A stretch of 63,179 nt of DNA, filler included, from Sphacelaria rigidula (taxonomy: Eukaryota), in assembly GCA_964200075.2 (NCBI GenBank). It is 7 parts of 7 records of this genome, joined end to end, with 100 filler letters (N's around TTAATTAATTAA, not from the genome) between each part and the next. Parts side by side here need not be neighbours in the genome. Positions count along the whole stretch, not along the records: positions 36,163 to 45,101 come from CAXNAA020009696.1; positions 45,202 to 54,140 come from CAXNAA020009697.1; 5 more parts are not named here. One strand, written 5' to 3'. The notes beneath the pieces were generated by a model that saw only the letters and a program-made list of their open reading frames with translations, was not told the origin of the DNA and did no database searches. Both the position numbers and the translations under genes were made by a program. Shown piece after piece: positions 36,781-49,602 of this stretch; position 1 is the stretch's first letter, and each line of letters begins with the position of its first letter.

Positions 36781-39700
36781 CTGTCGGGAGTTTTGAACGT
36801 CTCGCACAAAAGTGTACAAGGCAACGATGTACAACCGCGCAGTTGTTGAGGGAGGCAGTGATTAGGGCGTTTGGTGGCGGCATGGCAACATGAAAGACGT
36901 GATCGTGGACGTGATCAACACCGCAGATTGCCTAGTTGTGACACACATACGCAAACGTGCGCCCCTGTGGCAACATTACTGACCTTCAGGCACAGTAATG
37001 CACGAGTGGGCCCTACTCATACAAGACGGGCCCCTAACCCTGTTTTTCAACGATTTTGGTTGTTATTGTGTCGCACCTTGATGGTTTCGTGACCGGACAA
37101 GTTGTAGGCGACAACCGACGCGGCTGCCAAAGCGTCGAGGGGAAACGCGAATCCCCAGTTAGACATGTTGAACCCTCCCTCCAGGAAGAAATCCAGCGGC
37201 CACGCGAGGACCCCCAAGGCTACGGCCATCGATACAGCCGGGTCTGACGGGCGGTGAAACATACAGCACGTGCCATCACCGGGGGATAATGAATTTGAAT
37301 ATGAACAGACTGCCGACTGCGAGCTGGCGATACAACAATTTCGGGCTTTGTATCTATATGCGACCCGACACGCGGGGTTCACTGTCATTGACGTTTCAAC
37401 ACAACTGCTGGCGGGATCGCAGAAACACTGTCGCCTTCCTCTACATATTCATGTGCAATCATGGTGTATCTCCCGGTGCGACGATACATTTACCTGCATA
37501 CCCAGCACCAAATAATGAAACGAAAACAATCACATCATCACGCTCACGAGGTCCCAGCGACCTCCCTGATTACTCACAGTATAATACCCGCTGCAACGAA
37601 TCGAAGCTTGACACACTCTCCAGGTTGTGGTAGGCCATCATCGCCATAGCTGGCGGCGCCACCCAGATGGCGAAGAGACTTCGAGTTCGGACGTCGCTGT
37701 GGTGGTCCGAGATGGCCTGAGGGTTAAGACGGAAAACACAATACCGTGATTGACAGAAAACACTCCTACTAACACTACAGCCCACTTGATGTAGGCTCGC
37801 GAGGGGAAGGCACCGCGTAGCGAAGGCTGGTCCGTCGCCGGGAGGTCGTTTCGGACTCACTCTGTTGCTGACAGACTAGTCTACCCCTTACACAGGTCGG
37901 CTGACTTCGACATGTCGCCGCGGGATTGATGGCACCGGCAAGATCTTTGGAGCTATCGCTGAAACCATTTGTGTACAGAACCATATGAAAGTGGCAATTT
38001 CATGCCCGTTTCGCATCGGCCATCAGTAAGAAAACATTGATAGTTTGCTATGGTGTATTTTGTTCACACACACGAAGCCATGGAACGTGAATTTCGTTGC
38101 TCATGGAATTTAGTGGGGTAGGAGGTGTCTTTGGGATGGAGAAGGAGGCACGTACTCCGGGAGGTTCATTGAAGCACAATGCTCATAATATTTATTGTGG
38201 TCATTACAAGCACTGCCGCAGTTCTCGTGATACCCACTCCCTTGCGACCACGGCCTCGCATTATCCTGCAACCTCCATATGAGTATCTACTTGAGATATT
38301 AGATCCCAGATGAGTATAGTATCCTAGATGGACGCTGAAATATATTATAGGGCTCCACCCGTAGCCGACCCTCGAAACACTGTATTCTTCCAGGGATGAA
38401 ATTTTTTCGGTGTTTCGGACTCTGCATTCCGACTTCTCCCAGAACGAAGCGACTTGATTTTTCCTCCTAAGCTTCATTTTTGGATAAGTCAGAAAAATTC
38501 GGACTGCAATGCAGTAGTTCGGAGAGCTGCGCCATGAAAACGCCGTGGTGCTTGCAAGCACTCGAGAATCATCAGGCACCTCGGCAATTTCGGAGATCTC
38601 TGAAAAGCGATGTCGATAATAATGGGCCTCAGGTGATTTAACCCGAACCTGAAATTATGTTCCAAGTTCTGGACAGAGAAGGGGCTCCTGATATCTCCCA
38701 CCGCACGTTTGACTCAATGCCAGTAGCCTTTTTCAAGCAGAATACTGTAGGGGTTGTGCATTGCTCGAGTCGATCTCGTTTGCGTTTATTATTTCATCTT
38801 GACCACGGGGGCATGGGTCGACACCACAGCAGGGAACACTCGATCGTCGTCGTTACTACCGCCCCACCTTGCTGAAGGTGATCGGCCAGAGAGCCAGCCA
38901 GATGATCGTGCCGATGCCAAAGAGGTACCAACCCCACTCGTAGTAGTCCGGGTCGACCGAACTGGCGGTGGCGGCCCCCATCAAGTTCGAGACAGGCACC
39001 ATCATCCAGCTGGGCTGAATATACTCCGAATCTACGGGCGAAGCAACCCAGCTGTCGAGAATTCGAAAATCCGAGGGACGACGGAATTGTAGTGAGAGTG
39101 CAGACGTTGAACCCAGCCATTCAAGACAGTACTGCCACACATTGTGAGGATGCTGTGCACTGTGCTGGAAGATACACGTTTCCCTGTGGGGGGTAGACTG
39201 CAGTACGTGTTTTCTTGTAACCAATAGCAATTGATATGTAGTTGACATGTTGATTCTCAAATTCAGAACCTTGATTCATGCACAACGTCTCCGGAGTATC
39301 AATAAACGGCGTGCGGGTCCAATTCACGGGCAACGATGGCTACTGATTTGATCGTGAACGGGCATCAAGGAAAGGGCATTCTCCTTCGCTTAGCCAAGGC
39401 GAGAGAATATACTCTCGCCGTGAAATAGTGGTGTGTTGGATGTAATGGTTACTTCGATTCGTCCTGTAGCATGCTGAGATATATACACTGCGCCGCATTC
39501 GCAGCCCCCGCAGCAGCAAGCTAACTAACCAGTTTAACGCATGACAGCGGGGAACATTTTGGGCCAAAATACATTTGACGATACATGAGCAGCATCCAAA
39601 CCGGTGCAACGAAGATCAGGTCCACATCTACCCCTATTTCGGCTGCCGGTATTTGGGTAACTAAACTCGCGCCAAGGGCGACCCAACTATGGCAAATGGG

Positions 39701-42700
39701 AGAATTCAGACCGCCACCATGGCTATAGATACCGCGATATCCACAACCTCGGAATGAATTATGCTTCCCTGGCGTTTAGAACCCGTAACAATAGCAACCC
39801 CCAAGCCCGCAAACAATTCTCGAAAAGATATTTCGCGGAAGTCATTTCTTCAGAGCTTGCCTGGCAATCGTGTACCAGGTCAGCATCGTCAGGGGAATGG
39901 TTCCAATCCAGTAGAGCACCCTGCAGAAAGTGGTGGTGCTGGCGGGGTCGGTCCCGTTGGCAGTAACCCGTGCTAGGACGACGAAGATCAGGAACGGCAG
40001 CGCGAAAGTGCCACGGTGGAGCGGGTGATGAAACTCCTTCCAAACCTGCAAGGGAGTGCACGTATTTACGGTGTTCACGCGAGCGGGGTTGGCGAAGTCA
40101 TGAAATTCGTTTTCACTACCCCGATTTTCGTCAATTACCGCATACCCACATGCGGTGGGTCAGAAGCAGATCGGCAGGATACAAGCAGATTCTCACGCCG
40201 GTGTTGAGAGTTGCGCTTTCAAATTTGATGTGGAAAATCGGCGGGGCATCGAGTAAGATCCGGCTTCCATTCACTATAACGTCCCCAACTGTTGAAAAAC
40301 AAGGAAATCTCAACGTCCCACACCCTCCAAGAAATTCTGCCTACCCAATTTAGAAGTGCAACTCTCAAAATTGGAGTAAACCTCCTGTTCATATGACGTA
40401 GGCTTGTCAGAAAACGGAGCTGTGATTCGTAGCTCATTCAGCAGCTCCGTTTGGACACATATGCCTCAAACATTTGTGTGGAGATCCGCATGGGCACAAT
40501 AAGAAAAAAAAGATCTGTGGGACATTGTTTTTTCCATGAGCTAGAGACGTTTAAAATTATATCGTGGTAATGACCATATTTTCATGAGAGCGTTCCTAAC
40601 TCACGAGAGAGAATGCCCGGGATTATATTGTTCGCAGTATGCCCTTTCAATTCTCCATACTTGAATGCAAAGCATTATTTGAAGACCTGAGCAGAGAAAC
40701 TGAGTCAGGGGCCAAAAGCAAAAAATATATATCCGAAAAACAAATGTGTGCCCTCGCGACACTCCGTACCAACTTTTAAAGCACAATCCTCTCAATTGAG
40801 ACGTGAATCGAGATTAAGTCCATTTAATGCCTCTGCTCCTAACCCTAACTTTTTTTTATTCGCACCTTGAACCCCTCTCTTCCTCGGGATGAGTCCATGG
40901 TCTCAAGGGATCAACTCATCTCTCCCCCGGTACGCGCCTTACATTTTGGTCTCGCGGATTGCGTCAGATTTCAAACTAGAGAACTTTCCAACAATGATGG
41001 TTTGTGGTTGTGCAGTGTTGAATGAAAAAGTAGTGTGGGATGATCGATGGGAGGTGCATGTTCAGGTCATAAGGTTGTGCTTGCATTGTATATATATCCA
41101 TACCTCCTCAAGGCATATATCCTAACCCCGGGCAGGGGTATGGGAGGCTTACAGAGCTCAGAGAACTGTCGGGTACCGGTACTAGAAGAAAGTATCACGG
41201 AAATCACAGAACTTGCCGGGTACGGTACGGGAAGCATACAGAAAAACCGTACCGGCAATCGGGTATTTCTTCAAGGGCATACACGCGCTCCGAATACGGG
41301 TAAATACCCAAGAAATGTAAGGGTATGAGAATCGTATAAAATTCACAAAACTGTCGGGTACGGTAAATACCCAAGAAAATACCCCGGGTATAAAAACCTC
41401 CGTACCCTACAGAACACCACGTTGCACCTTTGTGTTTCGTGATACAGCTTGACAATGACCTTGGAGAGATCTGACACGCAGCTCTAACATCACTCGAGCT
41501 GCGAATGGGGCCCGATGCCGATGCATGGTGTCCGGCGTAATTTAGGTTCACCTTGGAAGGGTAGAGGATGCACTTGGCCACGAGCAAGATTACGAGGATA
41601 CTCTGCAGAACCGCCCCAGAGTAGGCCAGCGTCTGAAACCACGAGAAAAACAGGGAGAGGCGACGACGTAAGTGCAACATGATGGGAGGGCTGCGGCAGG
41701 GCTTGCGAAAGGTTGTCGTGCTTTGGGGTAGAACCATCACTCAGGACTGCAAAACGAGAACTCAAACGGGGTAGAACATGACAAAGCAACGAGTCGGGAA
41801 AGAAGGAATTCCATGCAAGAAGGGGGTGTAAAGAGAGTGGGCAAGCTGCCCGAGCCGAACCAAGTGCTCTAGAACAGACGGGAAAGTACCGCGACCGCAG
41901 ATTGCCCAAGAGGGCGTCAGAGCTATGAGTATCAAACGGGCAGCAGAAGCAAACCCTGTAGACTATGAACCCCACGAAATATGAGAGGTATTCGGACATG
42001 ACCGTTATTCCAGTTCCAACTCTGTAGACGGCAAAGTCGCATTTATCTTCCGTCGTTTGTTCAGCAGATGTCTTCCTGATGTTTGTTTAGGCTTACGAGA
42101 AAAATGCAACTGTCATTGGTTGATTGATTGTTTTGGTTCATCGTCGCACTATACTGACCCCTCAGGGATCCAGCCGTGGTCACATGACAGGCGTACCCGA
42201 GAAAACACAAAGCTGAAGCACTCTCTGAAAAAAGAGAAGAAACAGAACAATATTTCCAACAAATCTTCAGAAAAAGCCTGAAATACGCGCACCTTCCACA
42301 CTACTTCGGTGGTACCCTCGATGGTCGAGAGAATCTTCCAGGGGAGACTGAGTCCAGTCACGGAGAGGGGAACCATGAAGTAGGCCATGTGGAGATCTGC
42401 CTCAACGGCAAGCCAACAGCGCAACACGGCGGTGAGTCAAGAATCGACAGTACTGTGAACGGGGGGCTTGATGAGAAGGGTAACACAGGGAGCGCATGCT
42501 GCATTGCTTCTACTTGTGCTGCGGTCACCTCGGATGAAACAACATCTGCACTGGTTGATGTGCTTTGATTTTGCTGACTAGAAGCAGCGGCCGTATGTGC
42601 ACGCTTCAGGATCGCTGTGGGACAATCAAGGGCGCCGAGTCAGGCATGCCGGTGGTCAGAAATGACGACTGCCCCTACTAGCCGCTGGCTGGTGTAGTTT

Positions 42701-44767
42701 TTCAAATTGCACCGATTTTAGTATCCGACCTTACGGGCGATGAATTGTTGTATTCCACGTTGTGCAAGGAGAGGTACGCTAGCGGGCACTGTTACACAGC
42801 AGGTTGCGGTATTGGAACGAGTGCCTGGTGGGTAGTTTGCCCTTGGAACACGTATGTGCAAACGACCAAGCAATAAATATTACAAGCTGAATGTCAACAA
42901 CGTCTTCTACTACTCCCTCAACAACTCGCGCCCGCCTTGATCAAACTGAGACACTCACACTTGATGGGGTGGAAACGCTCCCACTTGTCGTCGGCTTTCC
43001 CGCGCTTGGCCCTGAGGTCGGTCGGATTCCGCGGTACGCCCTGCGTTGCCCCCGATCAAGCACAACACCAGTTGGCGGGGTACAAACCACACGATGAGAC
43101 AGAGATGCAAGGTTTAGCTTCAAAAGATGATGGCGACGCATCCCTCATTTCCGGAACGTCGCCTGGTACACGAAAACTGAGTAAGGACTTGAAATGGTAA
43201 TGTTATGTTTTCTCTATTTATAAGGACTCCACATGTGAAGAGCCACGAAGTGGATTTCATGAGGGTGGTGCAGAATATTGCGTGCTACAGAGTGTCTCCT
43301 TGTCCCCACGAAATAAATGTCATCAAAACGGCAGTATGGTTTGGGAGAAAGGTACCATGTCGACGGGTACTCCGAGGGGGCGCTAAAGTTTGTCAGTTTA
43401 TGGACCGGTAAGACGCGGGTTTTCAATTTCGGCGTTTCGATGGCGGGATATCGTTCTTGTTGGCGGCGGCAATGGCTCCATGTTAACTGCTGTTGGCGAC
43501 AAGAACGGCTTCATCAACCTTGTCCCCAAACGCGATGGATACAGGGATATAGAGCACTGGACTGGAACACTTCAGCATGGAACACGCCTTACGTGGAGGG
43601 AATGTGGTACTGAGCAAAATGACGCGGTTGCACATTAGAGTACAACCTCCATCTGAAATGTAGACATTTATCTGGGATGTTATTTTGGAATGTCGGGTTC
43701 ATCTGGGAGTTTCACCACCTTGGATATTCATACAATATGGATATTCATCTAGGGTATGAATATTCGTCTCGAATGTCCAAGAAGGATAGGCACATTTTTG
43801 AGGGATATACCATCCCAGAGGAATCTCCCAGATGAACATGCCAGATGAATAATCCACAACCCACATCGCCGATGAACGTCCGTTTGCGTTATCACATCGT
43901 AGATGGACAAATATATGGAGTGTTTCACCCCCCAGGCGGAGGTTGCGCGATAATGCAACGCTTCCACAGGAACTGACGGGCGCGAAAACGAAATAGTTTA
44001 ACCCTAACAAACTTGAGCTTCCAAGTTTCCCCGAAGCCGGAGATTCATAGGTGGGAACGATCCACTGAAGACACATCAGCGAATACGCTGGGTTGCGCTC
44101 AAGTCCTGTTCCGAGAATGATTCTTGCCTGGGAGGAATAAGAGCGTTTCTCACCTTGGTAGGGTAGGTGACGGCTTCCGACTCAGCCCCCTTTCCGGTGC
44201 GAACGTTGACTTTCTCCCAGGCGTACATGGTATTGCTCCTGTGCGGTAGAGCACACCACAATTGACCGTCAGCCGTAGGCATCTTCGAGTGACGTGCTTT
44301 TCTCAACCAAACCAACAGCTCACATATCCATCAGGAGTTGTACGACGAGGAAGGTGTCGTACACCCGCGATATTTTCATGTCTAACGGACTACATTTTTA
44401 TATTCACTCTTCGTACGTCAGTACGTTTTGTGTAAGGTTTGAGCGTTGAGTGCATCCATCAGCCCCCAAGACATGCGTCAAGTACCCTCCTCCATTCTCT
44501 CGTACGCACGGCGTGGAGTTTCGCTAGAAGGGGTGGGTGCTCCTGACCGCCTCTACTCTGAGCTACAAAATGTTGCAGCATGCTGTTAATAACACACCCG
44601 ATGACGACCATCCTAGGAGTGAAACGAAGTCGCGATCACCTTGTGCCGATGTGCATGCGGTACACCGAGCCGCTGACGAGTCCCCACTGTAGCAGGTACT
44701 TGAAGATGAAGCACCCCAGGCAGAAGTTGATAAACCCTTGGAGGGCCGTAGCCACCGCCAGTCCGAG
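36637..44767 (-). CDS. SLAC1/TehA (TDT family) anion channel with extra N-terminal CxxC membrane segment; partial gene, 10 exons
   Basis: Exons in transcript order: 44640-44767, 44154-44238, 42959-43040, 42293-42396, 41552-41632, 39861-40045, 38868-39051, 37578-37716, 37077-37243, 36637-36780. All nine junctions are phase-compatible and give one open frame containing YFMVPLSVTGLSLPWK, VWKEFHHP, PSWMMVPVSNL, IWVAPP and WGFAFP. Confidence 0.9.
37077..37243 (-). CDS. channel gene exon (TM8-9, gate Phe motif WGFAFP)
   Basis: PAVSMAVALGVLAWPLDFFLEGGFNMSNWGFAFPLDALAAASVVAY...HETIK|gtgcga. Confidence 0.88.
37578..37716 (-). CDS. channel gene exon (TM7)
   Basis: AISDHHSDVRTRSLFAIWVAPPAMAMMAY...LQRVLY-T|gtgagt. 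Confidence 0.85.
38868..39051 (-). CDS. channel gene exon (TM5-6)
   Basis: WVASPVDSEYIQPSWMMVPVSNLMGA...WYLFGIGTIIWLALWPITFSK|gtgggg. Confidence 0.88.
39861..40045 (-). CDS. channel gene exon (TM3-4), GC donor
   Basis: VWKEFHHPLHRGTFALPFLIFVVLA...LTWYTIA-AG|gcaagc. Confidence 0.85.
41552..41632 (-). CDS. channel gene exon (TM2)
   Basis: TLAYSGAVLQSILVILLVAKCILYPSK|gtgaac. Confidence 0.85.
42293..42396 (-). CDS. channel gene exon (TM1)
   Basis: LHMAYFMVPLSVTGLSLPWKILSTIEGTTEVVWK|gtgcgc. Confidence 0.85.
42959..43040 (-). CDS. channel gene exon (linker)
   Basis: cag|GVPRNPTDLRAKRGKADDKWERFHPIK-T|gtgagt; phase 0 to 1. Confidence 0.72.
44154..44238 (-). CDS. channel gene exon (linker)
   Basis: cag|G-SNTMYAWEKVNVRTGKGAESEAVTYPTK|gtgaga; phase 2 to 0. 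Confidence 0.7.
44640..44767 (-). CDS. channel gene exon (DUF4395-like, FCLGC)
   Basis: cag|LGLAVATALQGFINFCLGCFIFKYLLQWGLVSGSVYRMHIGT-AG|gtgatc; ends in phase 2. Confidence 0.75.
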
Positions 44768-47700
44768 CTGATTGTAAAACAATGCATGAACATGATGTTG
44801 CAGGAGTGAAGATGTGAAGAGGGAGGGGGATCGGACGAAACGAGGAGGCTTGTTGAACCACCCATTGTGCGTTGCCTTCGTCACTCTCTGTAGGAAGGAT
44901 GTCGACTGGAAAACGCTCAATCTACTTGTTGGATCATGGCCCCTCGGTGGAGAAAGGGCGAGGAATAGGTTGCAACCACTACGCACAGAAGGATTAGAAG
45001 CACGAGTAAAGCCGTAACAGCCCCCCCCCCCCCCCCCGTCCACAAAGAAGTAGCAGAATCAACACAAAACCGGAAACCCTCGGCTTTACGATCGCATGGC
45101 CNNNNNNNNNNNNNNNNNNNNNNNNNNNNNNNNNNNNNNNNNNNNTTAATTAATTAANNNNNNNNNNNNNNNNNNNNNNNNNNNNNNNNNNNNNNNNNNN
45201 NCAAGAATACCGAGACCCTCGAAAAAGACGGACGGGACCGGGGCCCAGCCCCGGGTCCCGTGCGGCTTGTATAGTATACGATATATCGACAGCGCGCGGT
45301 GTGCGTGGATTCACAGTCATACCGATACTTACTGCGTAGTCCGTGTTCGGCAAATTTGACGCAACATGCCATGGTTTTTCTTGACTCGACATGTGGTCAC
45401 CTACCAGCGGACTAATTCACCGCTAGCGAGCGACGTTCGCGCTGAAACGTGTTCGGGGAGCAACCTCGTGTCCAACACATGCCAGTACGAACTCAGTCCT
45501 CGGTGTCGACGTGCAAAATACAACGTGCGGCGGGAGTACTTTTCAAGTAAAACACACACCAGCATGCATCACGACCCGAAAATTTGCTGCGTCCTACACA
45601 CGCGTATCTATATATAGTGACAACGTACTGGCCCGTGTAGGGTGTGAAGCGCTTGCGGTAGCATTTGAATCGAACACTGCGGTACGCTTCCGCGGAAAGG
45701 CCGCCGTCGCGGACATTTTCCACGCGCAACGATACGGCACTCCACTGTTGTGTACTGCACTGCGTGATCTCTCATGAGACGCACGCATGGTAAATAAGTG
45801 AGTGGATTGCGACCCCGGTAGGCTTCTACCTATTATGCTAGTACGGGTTCTGCAAACATCGTTCAAGGGTCGGACGAATAAGCGATTCGTCTACAAATTA
45901 CTTGATTCCAGTGTGATTGATTCGCACTGTAGGAATCAATCCTTTGGCGTTGTTTTCAGCATTGCAGCCCAGGTATGCGCAGCTCAGGGACGTGGAATGG
46001 CGAAAGCATTGCGTGGAGAAAGTTTTGACCAGCGGTCAACTTTTGTCTCTCGAGCAATCACGCCTGAAAAATCGTACTTGTAGTGACTCGAGCCGGCGAT
46101 GATTCGTCCGAACCGTGAAATTGTTCATCTCGAAAATAATGATGGATCACATGCACACAGAACCCGTACTAGCATCGTACCTAGAAGCCTAGACCCCGGC
46201 AGCCGTGGCGTGTGCTACCTCGTGAGAGCGGAATTAGAACAGAAACGAGGAGTAGAAATGGCGCATGTACCGTTCAATAAAAATGCATAGGACTACACAC
46301 AGCACCAACCAAGATAGATGATGGCGCACACAACGTTTAATAGCATCAAGGCTGCTCAGCTTACCGCACCAAAACAAAACACACTCGTTTGCCACCACAC
46401 GAATACCACTCCTTGTACTGTACGGTTACCAAGCTGGACCAAACTCCGTAGGAAAAACATGCAAGTCGGTTTCCCCGACAGCGGGTAAAGACAACTGTGG
46501 TCAACCAGCTCTGAACCAAGAGCCCCACCACGTCGGTAGGTTCCTTCGCGCATTCTTCTCTTCGGCAGCGATAGCATTTTCTATGTGAAGACCCGCGATC
46601 AGATGTGAAAAGCAAACGAAAGAGAAACGAAGAAAGATGAAGCCTTTCTTCTGATTCAAAACGATTCCTCCGAGAAGCGTACAGGTGTTCCTCACATGAT
46701 CTTTCTCCAGAAGCTTCTCATACGATCTTTCGAACAGAGAACATTCCGAGATATGATTTTTTTCCGGAGATGTTAATGCTCGTGGGAACAAGGAATAGTG
46801 GGAACGACCTTCATCCAGCATGTAGCAATCAGTTGCTCAGCCAGTACACACGAGTACACACGTGAAGCACGGCTTCACACGGTGGAGTAGAAAGTGTACG
46901 ATTTACGATGCAGTAGCATACCATGCGGTACATGCAGTGCAGCCGCAGAGATGGAGTACAGTACATTACAGCACACAGCTGTACACAACGGGCAGTACCG
47001 CTACCGTTGTTTCGTACCGAGTGAACCATGACAAGTACCACGGCGGGCAGACGTATTCGTCTTGGTGCGGACCGCGTCGAACGTTTTTGAGGGCGCGAAG
47101 AAATTGTTTGGGCACTGTTCTCCTCGGGAAAACGGCATCACCCGACTTTCTTGCAGAGTTCGCATCATACAACGTGGACTTAACTAACAAGTATTCAGGA
47201 AGGCATATGATGATTACGCCCAGGAATCGAACCGCAGTTTGAGGTGCCATGCTTGGCTTTGAGCCACACGAAAAACAATTCCCGCGGCTTTTCCATGGTG
47301 CTTTTTTCACATGGCACACGTGGCTAACAAAATATGCGGTTCATTGGTATGTGTGATTCACGGTACGGTGATACGTGATTCGCGGTACGGTAATACGTGA
47401 TTCGCGTCGTCTGTGCTGCGATACGGCACGGCACGGTACCCGAGAGTCACGTGATTTTGATTGCAATCAAAATCCATGCTCTTTCGTTTTCGCGGTACGG
47501 TGCGGTGCTGGGTTTGCACATTTTGCCGAGATCGCGGACATTTGAATATACCTCATTCCGACGCGGAAAAACTCGAGAACGGAAGAGAGCCCCCGCCTGG
47601 TTTGTTTTCTCTCGCTGAATGTGTGAGCTCTAGCCTCCCTCCACGCATCGATCAAATACGTCCGAAATACCTTTTTCTTGACCGTGAAACGCGCTGTTCG

Positions 47701-47899
47701 TTCGTTCAGAAGTAATCGTTTTCGCTGGCCAGTGGTGAGGACGTACACCAGTTTTGACTCATCTTCTACATGTGTTGGGTCCCCAACCCGACATACTCCA
47801 CCGAAAGTTTTCCCGTGAGTGTTTGAACTCTGCTACAAAATGGTTTTGTGGACCCTCACCATTTTTACAACTCTTTCGAAATACTTCAAGTTGCCTTTT

Positions 47900-47970
47900 T
47901 GGTGGGAGCCGGGGTTCGAACCCGGGACCTTCAGTTCATGAAACGTACGAGCTATCTCATGGTGTCGCCA
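47900..47970 (-). pseudogene. tRNA-derived fragment (pseudo-tRNA or SINE head)
   Basis: The minus strand reads ...GAAGGTCCCGGGTTCGAACCCCGGCTCCCACCA, giving a T-arm/B-box and CCA. The 5' half cannot form the acceptor stem. Confidence 0.5.
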
Positions 47971-49602
47971 ATGTGAAGCTGTGATTCCTCTCTGGTAATT
48001 TTGGTAATTTACCTTTTCTATGTGGTGGTTCCCGCAGCTGTTCCCCTTGTGACGTAACGTTGATGTTTGCCAATTGCTAAAGCTGGTAGTTGAGGTACAT
48101 CTTCATGCGTGAATCCGTGTCCCACTCCTTGTTAACGCTTATCCCCCGGTAACAACTTACGCGTGCGTGTCGCGCATAGCGCAACTCAATATGGCATGCC
48201 GTCGATCCCTCCTCGTGACTTCACGTGGTGAGCGCTTCGCTCTATTGTTTTGAACACAATATAGCTCCTCCGTCAGCAGTCTCACCAATCGCGAGATGTT
48301 GTTGAGTTTACTTGGGTTTTGAAGCAGATATACGAATACGTCAATTTGTGATCCTGATTTAGATATTTGATAGATACTTCTTGTCCTCATCTTCGAGGAA
48401 CATTTCATAATCCTGAGCGTCACTCCAGCTGTACCCCATGTAGGGGAGACTCCGATAGGTTGTGTTTCCATAATGTATGTTCTTGCAGAATCCCCCGTCA
48501 AATCAACTGCGGCGAACATACGTTGAGGCCTCTCGTGCTTTGCGTATCTACTGTACACGTCACAATTGTTACCTCGGAGTGAGCCCTGTGCTTCTGGACT
48601 GCATCACGTGGAAAATGGATTTACGGGCCACAGCTACTCAGCCTTTGAAACCGCACAGCCCCCCACGTTCACCGTCCGCGTGGCCCGCCAATAATTTCTC
48701 TCTCGCATCAAATCAACGTGTTGTGCGGTAGGGCGCCGGTTGGGAGGAGTACGAGTATGTCCGAGGAATGTCGTTGTTGTATCCGGGTGTTGTATCAGAA
48801 TATTCCCGAGGCCAACTCTTCACCCGGTCATTTGTGGTCATTCCGCCCAGTTAAAGTGTTTCAGGGTTTGGGATTGATACTCTCCAGGCAAGGAAGCAGC
48901 AATCGAATATCACCAATTTCCGTGAGAGATGCGTTCCAACAACTCCCCCCCATTTGAACCTCTGTAGCTTTTCGATGTAGGTGGCGACAGGGGCGACTGA
49001 TGTGAACAAAGCTCCTTGATATATGTTCATCTGTTGAGGGCCGTAGTGCGGTTTCACCCGTGCCGTAGTGCGGCCTCATCAGCATACACAATCCCCTGCC
49101 ATTGCCCACCGTCAACCTTCCTATTTTGGAGCACCCCTCGCCTAGCCACACAGAATAGGGTGGTGTTTACCAACAGCGCCTTACAGCAGAAGCCATACGA
49201 ATGGCCTCGGCACCAAAGATTTGTGTGCATGCTCAGACTTCAGTAGCCCTACCTTCGTTCTGTCGTCGTGCCGAATGGCGAAACAGTATTGACACTACGG
49301 TTCTTTTCGAAAAGGTGTCTTCCCCCCTGTAGCGACCGTGCTGCAGTAGCTATGTTTGGCCCCAACAGACCCCACGGTTGGATTGTCAGTTCACTCGAGT
49401 CCACTTGACTATTTGCGACCAAAGTACTGAAATGACAGTTTACACACCTTTGACATGCCTTCGAAATATTATAATATTTGCCTCTTGATTGGTGCAGGCT
49501 GCTACGGAATTGGTAAGCAAGTCCTCGTGAGCGAGGGTACGACGGTGCAGATCGCAGCAGCAGCGAGGCTAACGCGGCCTCGACCCCTCCTCTGCTATAG
49601 TC

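Noticed and set aside
47900-47970. Functional tRNA gene
   Set aside because: There is no acceptor-stem or D-arm pairing; only the 3' half is tRNA-like.
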